This document shows, piece by piece, positions 19,611 to 28,031 of a DNA stretch of 64,000 nucleotides (position 1 is the stretch's first letter; the number at the start of each line of letters is the position of its first letter). Source of the stretch: Sphingobium sp. (GTDB lineage: Bacteria > Pseudomonadota > Alphaproteobacteria > Sphingomonadales > Sphingomonadaceae); the NCBI GenBank assembly GCA_049841255.1, contig JASGDV010000218.1, forward strand, positions 1,209 through 65,208, written 5' to 3'. The notes under the pieces are model-generated. The model was not told the DNA's origin and ran no database searches. It saw only the letters and a list, made by a program, of their open reading frames with translations. The position numbers and the translations under genes are program-made.

Positions 19611-20812
19611 CACAGGACAATAATCTTATCGTCCGCATCGCCGCGAAGGGCGATGGCGTGACCGCCGATGGACGCCATATGCCGCTCGCCGCGCCGGGCG
19701 ACCGGATCGAGGCGGATGGCGGCATCCATTTCGGCCCGCATCATGTCGATCCGCTTTGCCTGCATTTCCCGGTTTGTGGAGGATGCGAGCTCCAGCATAT
19801 CGACGACGCCAGCTATGCGGATTTCGTCACGGAGCGGGTCACAGGCGCGTTGGCGGGGCAGGGTATTGCCGCGCTCCATGTCCTGACGCCCCATATTTCG
19901 CCGCCCCGGACTCGTCGCAGGGCCTCCCTGCGCGCCGTGCGTCAGGGGCGGAAGATCGCGGTCGGTTTCGCCGAAGGAGGAAGCCACCGGCTGATCGATC
20001 TGGCCATGTGCGAAGTTCTGGACCCGCGCCTGTTCGGGCTGCTGGAGCCTTTGCGGGGTCTGCTGGCATTGCTCCTTCCCGACAGGCAGGGCGCGCATGC
20101 GCGCATGTCGATCACGGATCAGGGCATCGACCTGCTGCTGGAGGGCGTCACGGTCAAGGGGCTGGCCGCCGACGAGGCCTTGCGGGATTTCGCCGCCGCG
20201 CAGGGACTTGCCCGATTGACCATCGATGAGGGCGATGGCCCGGAAACACGCTGGGAGCCGGAGCCGGTAACGGTCAGCTTCGGAGGCGTCGCGGTGGGGT
20301 TTCCGCCCTTCGCCTTTCTTCAGGCCACGCCGGATGGGGAGGCCGCTCTGGTGGATGCGGTGCGTTCCGTTCTGCCCGCGCAAGGGGCCGTGGCCGATCT
20401 TTTCTGCGGCCTCGGCACTTTCGCATTGGGTGTGGGGGAAGGCCGTCCGGTTTATGCGGCGGAGGCCGCCCGCGATCTGATCCTGTCGCTCAAGGCGGCG
20501 GCGGGTCGAAGCCAGAGGAAGCTGGCGGCCGACCATCGCGATCTGTTTCGTCGCCCCCTGACGCCGCCCGAGTTGGACCGTTTCGCCGCCATCGTCATCG
20601 ACCCGCCTCGCGCGGGCGCGCGGGAGCAGGTGTTGCAAATCGCCGCTTCCAGGGTTGCGACGGTGGCTTATGTCTCGTGCAATCCCGCCAGCTTCGCGCG
20701 CGATGCCGCGCATTTGGTCGCGGCGGGCTATGCGCTGGAAAGCGTGAAGCCGGTGGGGCAGTTCCGCTGGTCGACACATGTCGAACTGGCGGGCGTTTTC
20801 CGCCGATATTGA
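19607..20812 (+). CDS. Class I SAM-dependent RNA (uracil-5) methyltransferase, RumA/TrmA-like
   Basis: Cys cluster CLHFPVCGGCELQH, then DPPRAGA and YVSCNPASFARD. The GTG start forms a GTGA overlap with the nnr stop. Confidence 0.8.
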   Translation: MTQDNNLIVRIAAKGDGVTADGRHMPLAAPGDRIEADGGIHFGPHHVDPLCLHFPVCGGCELQHIDDASYADFVTERVTGALAGQGIAALHVLTPHISPPRTRRRASLRAVRQGRKIAVGFAEGGSHRLIDLAMCEVLDPRLFGLLEPLRGLLALLLPDRQGAHARMSITDQGIDLLLEGVTVKGLAADEALRDFAAAQGLARLTIDEGDGPETRWEPEPVTVSFGGVAVGFPPFAFLQATPDGEAALVDAVRSVLPAQGAVADLFCGLGTFALGVGEGRPVYAAEAARDLILSLKAAAGRSQRKLAADHRDLFRRPLTPPELDRFAAIVIDPPRAGAREQVLQIAASRVATVAYVSCNPASFARDAAHLVAAGYALESVKPVGQFRWSTHVELAGVFRRY

Positions 20813-20845
20813 AAAACCCCCCGCCACCGGAGCGGCGAGGGGTTT
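20813..20845 (-). terminator. Hairpin between convergent genes, with a U-tract on the minus-strand reading (after the decarboxylase gene)
   Basis: aaaccccccgcc / ggcgaggggttt pairs at 11 of 12 positions. Read on the minus strand, the stem is followed by TTTTTC. Confidence 0.45.
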
Positions 20846-20867
20846 CGAACGGGGGAGCTGCTTCCCT

Positions 20868-22061
20868 TTAACCGATCTTGATGACAGTTGCGCGACGGCG
20901 CGCGGGAATGGGATCGGCGTAGAGGGTCGCCATGGGTTCATCCTCGACCTCCACGACCGTTTCGGACGTGAAGCCGTTGAAGCCGGTCCGCATCGCCGCG
21001 CCATAGGCGCCGAGCATCCCGATCTCGATATAATCGCCCGCCTGCACATCGTCGGGAAGAAGGAAGGGGCCGACCATATGATCCATGTCGTCGCAGGTCG
21101 GGCCGTAGAAGGAGAAGCCAGTCATCTGGGCGTCGCTTTCATCGTCCCGCAGCAGTTCGACGGGGAAACGCCAGCCGATATGCGCCGCGTCGAACAGCGC
21201 GCCATAAGCGCCGTCGTTGATGTAGAGTTCGGTGCCCCGGCGGCGTTCCACGCGCACGATGACGGAGCTGTATTCGGCCGACAAAGCGCGGCCCGGCTCG
21301 CACCACAGTTCAGCCGAATAGCTGATCGGCAGGCTTTCGAAACCGCGATGGATCGCGTCGAAATAGGCTTCCAGCGCGGGCGGTTCCATGCCCGGATAGA
21401 CCGAGGGGAAGCCGCCGCCGACATCGATGATGTCGACCGTGACGGCTGCGTCGACGATGGCCGCGCGGACGCGCTCTATGGCGTCGCTATAGGCCTGCGG
21501 GCTCATCGCCTGGCTGCCGACATGGAAGCAGATGCCGAGCGCGTCCGCCGCCTGACGGGTGGCCATCAGCAATTCGCGCGTTTCCGAAAGCTCCGCCCCG
21601 AATTTGGATGCGAGGCTGAGTTCGGAATGTTCCGACGACACGCGCAGGCGCACGCACAGTTCCAGATCGGCGGCATTGCCGGTGGCACGCATGATCTTTT
21701 CCAGCTCGTCCATCGAATCGAGCGAAAAGGTGCGCACGCCATGGACGCGATAGGCTTCCGCGATCGCTTCCTCGGCCTTGACCGGGTGCATGAAGCAGAG
21801 CTTCGCCTGATCGCCCAGCGTCTCCGCGACAAGGCGCACTTCCGCGATGGAGGCCACGTCGAAATGCGTGACCCCGCTGTCGAACAGGGTGCGGATCAGA
21901 TCGGGAGACGGATTCGCCTTGACCGCATAGAGGGAGCGCCCCGGAAACTTCTCCGTAAAGAAGCGGGCGGCCCGGGCTGCTGCCTGGGGACGAATGAGCG
22001 TTACCGGTGCTGCCGGTTTGAGGGCGGTCGCTACCCCCAGCGCGCTATGGTGCTTGTGCAA
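20868..22061 (-). CDS. Type III PLP-dependent ornithine/lysine decarboxylase
   Basis: PLP-Lys motif YAVKANP, then GGGFP, GPTCD and EIGMLGAY. I chose TTG 22061 behind GGAGG. ATG 22175 is the alternative start. Confidence 0.8.
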   Translation of the reverse strand: MHKHHSALGVATALKPAAPVTLIRPQAAARAARFFTEKFPGRSLYAVKANPSPDLIRTLFDSGVTHFDVASIAEVRLVAETLGDQAKLCFMHPVKAEEAIAEAYRVHGVRTFSLDSMDELEKIMRATGNAADLELCVRLRVSSEHSELSLASKFGAELSETRELLMATRQAADALGICFHVGSQAMSPQAYSDAIERVRAAIVDAAVTVDIIDVGGGFPSVYPGMEPPALEAYFDAIHRGFESLPISYSAELWCEPGRALSAEYSSVIVRVERRRGTELYINDGAYGALFDAAHIGWRFPVELLRDDESDAQMTGFSFYGPTCDDMDHMVGPFLLPDDVQAGDYIEIGMLGAYGAAMRTGFNGFTSETVVEVEDEPMATLYADPIPARRRATVIKIG

Positions 22062-22209
22062 CTCAAGGGACCTCCAGTGTAGTTCGTGGCATTCAAGCTG
22101 CCTTGCGGTGGAAGTCCCATGGGGCAGCGGAAGGGCGATATATGCTGAGGGGTCCCCCCTGTAAAGCGCCTGCATGAATTTTGTTGCGCAAGGGGCCGTG
22201 AAATGTGCC

Positions 22210-23397
22210 TTATGAGAGACGGCTCTTGAAATCCGCATAAGAAAAGTGGCGGATTTCCCTGAGTTCGTCGGTTTCCGAGTTCCAGAGCCAGATGGCGGGC
22301 AGGGGCACGCCGTTGAATGTGTTGGTCTTCACCATCGAATAATGCGCCTGGTCGAGGAAGGCGATGCGCCGTCCCGGAGTCGCGCCGCCGGGGACCCGAT
22401 AGTCGCCGATGATGTCGCCCGCGAGGCAGGAGGGGCCGCCGAGCCGGGTGGGCTGACCTTCGGCTTCCTCATGCAACATGGCGGGGCGGTAGGGGGCTTC
22501 GATCACGTCGGGCATGTGGCAGGTCGCGGAGATGTCCGTGATCGCGACGGGCATGCCATTGTCGATGACGTCGAGGATTTCGCCGACCAATATGCCCGCG
22601 TCGAGGGCCATGGCTTCGCCCGGTTCGAGATAGAGGTCGAGGCCGGTCCGGTTTTTGATTCCATGGAGGAAATCAACAAGCGATTGGCGTTGATAATCGG
22701 CGCGGGTGATGTGGTGACCGCCTCCAAAATTCAACCATTTCAAGGATTTGATATGTGGGGTTAAGTAGGATTCTATGGCAGACCATGTGCGTTGGAGCGG
22801 AAGGAAATCCTGTTCGCACAGACTATGGAAATGGAGGCCGGAGACGCCCTCCAGATGTTCCGCGCGCAACTGGTCGACGGGGAAGCCGAGGCGGCTGTGC
22901 GGCTGGCAGGGGTCGTATTTGGGCACTTCCCCTTCGGCATGGAGGGGGTTGATGCGCAGGCCGATGTCGAAGCTCTGGCCCTCCGCGCGGGCGGCCTCGA
23001 TCAAGGGACGGAAACGCGCGATCTGACCGGGGCTGTTGAAGATCACATGGTCCGACAGGCGCAGGATTTCGGGCAGGTCCTCCGCCTTGTAGGCGGCGCA
23101 ATAGGTCGCGACTTCCCTGTCGTGATCGGGACCGGCATATTCTTCGCGGCCGAGGCGCGCTTCGTAGAGGCCGGACGCGCAGACGCCATCGAGATATTCG
23201 GCGACGATGCCGCCGAGCGACCACATGGAGAAAGCCTTGAGCGCGCCAAGGACCTTGATCCCGGCGCGTTCGCCCACATCGGCGAGAATCGACAAATTGC
23301 GGCGAATCGCGGCTTCATCGACCACAAAGGCGGGCGAAGGAACGCGATTGAGGTCGAAATGCGCGAAAGCGGCGGGGTCGCCTGCTCTGGTTTCCAT
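22210..23397 (-). CDS. nspC: Carboxynorspermidine/carboxyspermidine decarboxylase
   Basis: Collinear with NspC-type decarboxylases (LKAFSMW, NFGGGHH, GGPSCLAGDIIGDY). Start at ATG 23397 (METRAG...). Confidence 0.85.
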   Translation of the reverse strand: METRAGDPAAFAHFDLNRVPSPAFVVDEAAIRRNLSILADVGERAGIKVLGALKAFSMWSLGGIVAEYLDGVCASGLYEARLGREEYAGPDHDREVATYCAAYKAEDLPEILRLSDHVIFNSPGQIARFRPLIEAARAEGQSFDIGLRINPLHAEGEVPKYDPCQPHSRLGFPVDQLRAEHLEGVSGLHFHSLCEQDFLPLQRTWSAIESYLTPHIKSLKWLNFGGGHHITRADYQRQSLVDFLHGIKNRTGLDLYLEPGEAMALDAGILVGEILDVIDNGMPVAITDISATCHMPDVIEAPYRPAMLHEEAEGQPTRLGGPSCLAGDIIGDYRVPGGATPGRRIAFLDQAHYSMVKTNTFNGVPLPAIWLWNSETDELREIRHFSYADFKSRLS

Positions 23398-23496
23398 ATT
23401 TTCCAATCCCAAGTGCTCCCGCGCAGGCAGGAGCCCAGAGTTCAGGGGGCAACGCGTACCGCCCCTGCGCTCCCGCCTCCGCGGGAGCATGGCGGC

Positions 23497-24702
23497 TTAA
23501 AAGTCGAGCGGGGCGTCCAGTTCCTTCACCTGCCAGGGCAGGCCGTGCCTGTTCAGCATGTCCATGAAAGGATCGGGATCGAACTGTTCGATGTTGAACA
23601 CGCCCTCACCGCGCCATGCGCCCGTCAGCATCATCGCCGCGCCGATCATCGCAGGGACGCCGGTCGTGTAGCTGACCGCCTGATTGCCGGTTTCGGCATA
23701 GGCGTCCTCATGATCGCAGACATTGTAGACATAGACGGTTTTTTGCTGCCCGTCCTTCTGGCCGGTGGCGATGTCGCCGATGTTCGTCTTGCCCTTTGTC
23801 GTGGAGCCGAGGCTGGAGGGTTCGGGGAGGACGGCCTTCAGAAACTGGAGCGGGATGATCTCCTGCCCGTTGTAGATCACCGGGTCGATGCGGGTCATGC
23901 CGACATTCTGGAGGACTTCCAGATGTTTCAGATAGGCGTCGCCGAAAGTCATCCAGAAGCGGATGCGCTTGATTTCCGGGTAGAATTTGGCAAGCGATTC
24001 CAGTTCCTCATGATACATGAGGTACATGTTCTTCTCGCCCACCTGATCGAAATCGAACACCTGCTTATGCTTGAGCGCGGGGCCTTCGACCCATTTGCCG
24101 CCTTCCCAGTGGCGCGAGGGCGCGGTGACTTCGCGGATGTTGATTTCCGGGTTGAAGTTGGTGGCGAAATGCTGGCCGTGGTCGCCGCCGTTGCAGTCGA
24201 GAATGTCGAGCGTATCGATCCGGTCGAGCAGATGCTTCTTGATATAGGAGGCGAAGACGCTGGTGACGCCGGGGTCGAACCCCGAACCCAGTAGCGCCAT
24301 GATGCCCGCTTCCCGGAACCGGTCCTGATAGGCCCATTGCCAGCCATATTCGAACTTCGCGGTGTCGCGCGGCTCGTAATTGGCGGTGTCCAGATAATCC
24401 ACCCTGGTTGCGAGGCAGGCGTCCATGATCGCCAGATCCTGATAGGGCAGAGCGAGGTTGACGACCAGTTTCGGCTGGACCTTTTCGATGAGGGCGATGG
24501 TTTCGTCGACATTATCGGCATCGACCTGCGCCACGTCGATGGTGACGCCGGTGCGGGCCTTCACCGATTCGGCGACCTTCTCGCAAGAGACGAGGCGGCG
24601 GCTGGCGAGGGTGATGTGGCTGAAAATGTCACTGTTCATCGCCATCTTGTGAACCGCGACAGACCCGACGCCGCCCGCGCCGATGACCAGAACCTTGCTC
24701 AA
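23497..24702 (-). CDS. Carboxynorspermidine/carboxyspermidine dehydrogenase (saccharopine dehydrogenase family)
   Basis: Rossmann motif KVLVIGAGGVGSV with full-length saccharopine-dehydrogenase-like collinearity. TTG 24702 sits 8 nt after GGAG. GTG 24708 is the alternative start. Confidence 0.85.
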   Translation of the reverse strand: MSKVLVIGAGGVGSVAVHKMAMNSDIFSHITLASRRLVSCEKVAESVKARTGVTIDVAQVDADNVDETIALIEKVQPKLVVNLALPYQDLAIMDACLATRVDYLDTANYEPRDTAKFEYGWQWAYQDRFREAGIMALLGSGFDPGVTSVFASYIKKHLLDRIDTLDILDCNGGDHGQHFATNFNPEINIREVTAPSRHWEGGKWVEGPALKHKQVFDFDQVGEKNMYLMYHEELESLAKFYPEIKRIRFWMTFGDAYLKHLEVLQNVGMTRIDPVIYNGQEIIPLQFLKAVLPEPSSLGSTTKGKTNIGDIATGQKDGQQKTVYVYNVCDHEDAYAETGNQAVSYTTGVPAMIGAAMMLTGAWRGEGVFNIEQFDPDPFMDMLNRHGLPWQVKELDAPLDF

Positions 24703-24814
24703 TTCCACTGCTCCATATCTCAAGCCGCGCCGGTGCGCGAAAGCGCCCATATAGGGGCTGCGCGTTACAGCGCAAAGTCAGACATGCGGGACAACATCTT
24801 CACCCGTTATTCTC

Positions 24815-24932
24815 ACCCGTTCGTTTCGAGCCCTTCGACTGCCTGCCAAGGCAGGCGCTCAGGACAGGCTAAAGTCGAGAAACGGGTAGCGAAGGTCTGC
24901 CGTTTCTCGACTACGCTCGAAACGAACGGCGG
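24815..24932. repeat. Family-A inverted doublet (REPIN-like), nested hairpins
   Basis: ccgttcgtttcgagc (24818-24832) pairs perfectly with gctcgaaacgaacgg (24915-24929). The inner pair is tcgagaaacgg / ccgtttctcga. There is also a gcctgccaaggcaggc hairpin. Confidence 0.8.
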
Positions 24933-24945
24933 CGGGGAGTGTGGA

Positions 24946-25296
24946 TCAGAAACTGGCGCCGTCGACTTTCTGGATAGTAAGCGTGCCCAAATCAATGTCC
25001 GGCACGCAGCGCAGGTTGACCGCGCGCATGGCCGAACCGTCCGGCCCTTTTCCCTCCGCGAAGGGCTGCGCGCCGCATGTGCCGCAAAAGCGATGGGTGA
25101 TCTGATGCTTGTAGAATTGATAATCGGTGAGACGGTCCGCGCCGCTGTCGAGCGTGAATTGGCCTTCGGGCACGAAGGTCAGCAGGAACCCCTTGCGGCG
25201 GCAATGGGAGCAGTTGCAGCTCATCGCTTCGGCAGGGGCGTCGGCGGCGACATGGAACGTCACCGCGCCGCAATGGCAGCTTCCTTCATAGGCCAT
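24946..25296 (-). CDS. GFA (glutathione-dependent formaldehyde-activating enzyme / CENP-V) family protein
   Basis: Zinc-binding Cys motifs GSCHCGAV, CNCSHC and FCGTCG. Confidence 0.8.
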   Translation of the reverse strand: MAYEGSCHCGAVTFHVAADAPAEAMSCNCSHCRRKGFLLTFVPEGQFTLDSGADRLTDYQFYKHQITHRFCGTCGAQPFAEGKGPDGSAMRAVNLRCVPDIDLGTLTIQKVDGASF

Positions 25297-25326
25297 GATA
25301 TGTTCTCCTAATGTTCCTGTTTTGCC

Positions 25327-26910
25327 TTATTGGATGAGGCGTTTCAACCCTTCTATCGTATCCGCTTCGTTGGCGGGCTTGTCGCGGCGGATGCGGGCTA
25401 TGCGGGGGAAGCGCATGGCGAGGCCGGACTTGTGGCGCCTGCTGTCGTGGATGCTGTCGAAAGCGACCTCCAGAACCAGCGACTTTTCCACTTCCCGCAC
25501 CGGGCCGAAGCGGTTCACGGTGTTGGTCCGCACGAAGCGGTCGAGCCATTTCAGTTCCTCGTCGGTGAAGCCGCTATAGGCTTTGCCCACCGGCAGCAGT
25601 TCGCCTTCCTCCGTCCAGCAGCCGAAGGTGTAGTCCGAATAATAGGAGGAGCGTTTGCCGTGGCCGCGCTGGGCATACATCATCACGCAGTCGGCGGTCA
25701 GGGGATCGCGTTTCCATTTATACCAGAGCGCGGCCTTGCGTCCGGCGACATAGGGACTGTCGCGGCGCTTGAGCATCACGCCTTCGATGGCGGCGTCGCG
25801 GGCGCCTGCGCGGATGTCGGAGAGGGTCGGGAAATCAGGGGCTTCGATGAGGGCGGAGAGATCGAAGCGTTCGGGATCGAGGCTGGCGACCCAGCTTTCC
25901 AGCCTTTCGCGACGAGCGGTCCATGGGAGGGGGCGCAAATCCGCATCGCCCTCCAGCAATATGTCGTAGAGGCGGACGAAGGCGGGGAAGTCGTTCATCA
26001 TCTTCGCCGATACCGCCTTGCGGCCGAGGCGCTGTTGCAGGGCGTTGAAGCTGGCGGCCTGCCCTCCTTGAAACTCGCCCTTCACCAGCAATTCGCCGTC
26101 CAGCACCGCATGGCCGGTGAAGGCGTGGGCGATGTCGGGGAAGCTGGCGCTGATGTCGTCGCCCGCGCGGCTGTAGAGGCGCGTTTCCTCGCCGGTGCCG
26201 ACGATCTGGATGCGGATGCCGTCCCATTTCCATTCCGCCGCATAGTCGTCGAGGTCGACGCTTTCGGCTTCGAGCGGATGGGCCAGCATGAAGGGACGGA
26301 AGAAGGGCGTCCTGCCGGGATCGGGGCGATCGGCATGACCCTCCGCCCAGGCGAAGAGCGGCGCATAGGGCGGGTGCAGGGCGTGCCAGAGCTGCTCCAC
26401 ATCGTCGACGTCGAGGTCGAAGGCCATGGCGAAGCCCGTTTTCGCCAGCCGGGCGGAGATGCCGACGCGCAGGCCGCCGGTCGCGAGCTTCAGCAGGGCG
26501 AAGCGGCCCGATGCGTCGAGGTGATCCATCATGGCGGCGAGGGCGGCGGGGGCTTCCATGCGGCCGATGCCGTGGAGCCGGCCGACGACCATGGAGAGGG
26601 TGAGGGAGCCGTCGTCGGTCTCGGCGGGCTGATCCTCCGCCTTGGGCCAAAGGAGCGCCGCGGTTTCGGCGAGGTCTCCGACATAGTCGCGGCTCATCTC
26701 GAACAGGACGGGATCGACGCGGGCGCGGATCATGTCGCCGATGGCAGAGGCCTTGACGGTCTTGAGGTCGAGATTGCCGGTGAGCGCGGCCAGCGCCCAG
26801 CCCCGGTCGGGATCGGGCGCGCGGCGCATATAGTCGGCGATCAGGGCCAGCTTGCCGTTGCGGGAACGGGTGTAGACGAGGCCGTCGAGGAGTTGGGAGA
26901 ATGGCCTCAT
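25327..26910 (-). CDS. ATP-dependent DNA ligase (ligase-associated DNA damage response type)
   Basis: Adenylation motif AEWKWDGIR, then EGVMLKRRDSPY and WYKWKRD. ATG 26910 forms an ATGA overlap with the upstream exonuclease stop. Confidence 0.85.
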   Translation of the reverse strand: MRPFSQLLDGLVYTRSRNGKLALIADYMRRAPDPDRGWALAALTGNLDLKTVKASAIGDMIRARVDPVLFEMSRDYVGDLAETAALLWPKAEDQPAETDDGSLTLSMVVGRLHGIGRMEAPAALAAMMDHLDASGRFALLKLATGGLRVGISARLAKTGFAMAFDLDVDDVEQLWHALHPPYAPLFAWAEGHADRPDPGRTPFFRPFMLAHPLEAESVDLDDYAAEWKWDGIRIQIVGTGEETRLYSRAGDDISASFPDIAHAFTGHAVLDGELLVKGEFQGGQAASFNALQQRLGRKAVSAKMMNDFPAFVRLYDILLEGDADLRPLPWTARRERLESWVASLDPERFDLSALIEAPDFPTLSDIRAGARDAAIEGVMLKRRDSPYVAGRKAALWYKWKRDPLTADCVMMYAQRGHGKRSSYYSDYTFGCWTEEGELLPVGKAYSGFTDEELKWLDRFVRTNTVNRFGPVREVEKSLVLEVAFDSIHDSRRHKSGLAMRFPRIARIRRDKPANEADTIEGLKRLIQ

Positions 26911-27899
26911 CCTTCGTCCTCGTCCTCGCGGCCGACCAGATCGAGGGCGCGGGCGCGCATCTGGTGGGTTATGCACCAATGGGCCAGCGCTTCCTCGCGG
27001 CCATGGGTGATCCAGGTCTCGGTCGGGGCGACCTCGCGGATGGTGTCGGTCAGTTCGTCCCAGTCGGCATGGTCGGATATGACAAGGGGCAGTTCGACAT
27101 TGCGCTGGCGGGCGCGCTGGCGCACGCGCATCCAGCCTGACGCCATGGCGGTGATCGGATCGGGTAGGCGGCGGCTCCAGCGGTCGTTGAGCGCGGAAGG
27201 CGGGGCGACGACGATGGTGCCCTGCATCGCCTTGACGGGAAGGCCGGTGGCGGGGCGCAGTTCCCCCATCTCCACGCCGAAGGAGCGGTAGAGGTCGCAC
27301 ATGCGTTCGAGCGCGCCGTGGATATAGACGGGATCGTGATGGCCCTGTGCCCTGAGTTCGCAGATCAGCCGTTGCGCCTTGCCCAGCGCATAGGCGCCGA
27401 CCAGCACGCATCTGTCGGGATTGGCGTGGAGCGTGGCGAGCAGGCGGTCGATCTCGCTTTCCGTGTCGGGGTGACGGAAGACGGGGAGGCCGAATGTCGC
27501 TTCCGTCACGAAGATGTCGCAGGGGATCGGCTGGAATGGGAGGCAGGTGGGGTCGGAGCGGCGCTTGTAATCGCCGGTCACGACTACGCGCTCGCCCGCA
27601 TGTTCAAGGACGATCTGCGCCGATCCCAGCACATGCCCGGCGGGGACATAGCGGATGGAGACGCCGCCCATGCGGAACTCCTCGCCATAGCCAACCGGCG
27701 TGCCCGATGCCGTGCCATAACGCAGCGCCATGATGGCGAGCGTTTCGCGGGTGGCCCAGACATGGCCGTGCCCGCCGCGCGCATGATCGGCATGGCCGTG
27801 GGTGACGAGGGCGCGCTCACGCGGGACGGACGGATCGATCCATGCATTGGCGGGGCGCACATGGATGCCGGTCGGGTGAGGCTCGATCCAATGGGACAT
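26907..27899 (-). CDS. Ligase-associated DNA damage response exonuclease (MBL / beta-CASP fold)
   Basis: Metallo-beta-lactamase motif VTHGHADHARG. Translationally coupled to the ligase gene. Confidence 0.8.
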   Translation of the reverse strand: MSHWIEPHPTGIHVRPANAWIDPSVPRERALVTHGHADHARGGHGHVWATRETLAIMALRYGTASGTPVGYGEEFRMGGVSIRYVPAGHVLGSAQIVLEHAGERVVVTGDYKRRSDPTCLPFQPIPCDIFVTEATFGLPVFRHPDTESEIDRLLATLHANPDRCVLVGAYALGKAQRLICELRAQGHHDPVYIHGALERMCDLYRSFGVEMGELRPATGLPVKAMQGTIVVAPPSALNDRWSRRLPDPITAMASGWMRVRQRARQRNVELPLVISDHADWDELTDTIREVAPTETWITHGREEALAHWCITHQMRARALDLVGREDEDEG

Positions 27900-28031
27900 G
27901 CAGGGGAGAAGATGGGAATGGCCCTATCGGTTCCGCAAGGGGTTTCACGGAACCGCAATCCATCCGTCATGGCGGCGACATGCATGCGTCTTACGGCGCG
28001 AGCAGACATGCTTGGAAGGGAAGGCGCTTTC

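Noticed and set aside
19346-27291. Long antisense ORFs 19346-21049(-), 20778-22082(+), 22792-24294(+), 24337-25311(+) and 25330-27291(+).
   Set aside because: They lie opposite the RNA methyltransferase, decarboxylases, dehydrogenase, GFA and ligase genes. They have no motifs and are shadow frames.
25327-27411. 694-aa track ORF read as one gene.
   Set aside because: The first 167 residues are Arg/Pro-rich and overlap the exonuclease gene in another frame. The ligase homology begins at MRPFSQLLDGL (ATG 26910), which forms an ATGA overlap with the exonuclease stop.
27900-28031. Alphaproteobacterial LexA box (GTTC-N7-GTTC) upstream of the ligase-associated exonuclease.
   Set aside because: The nearest candidate, gttccgcaaggggtt, does not reproduce the second GTTC at the required spacing. 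I report only the GGTTCCG/CGGAACC inverted repeat.
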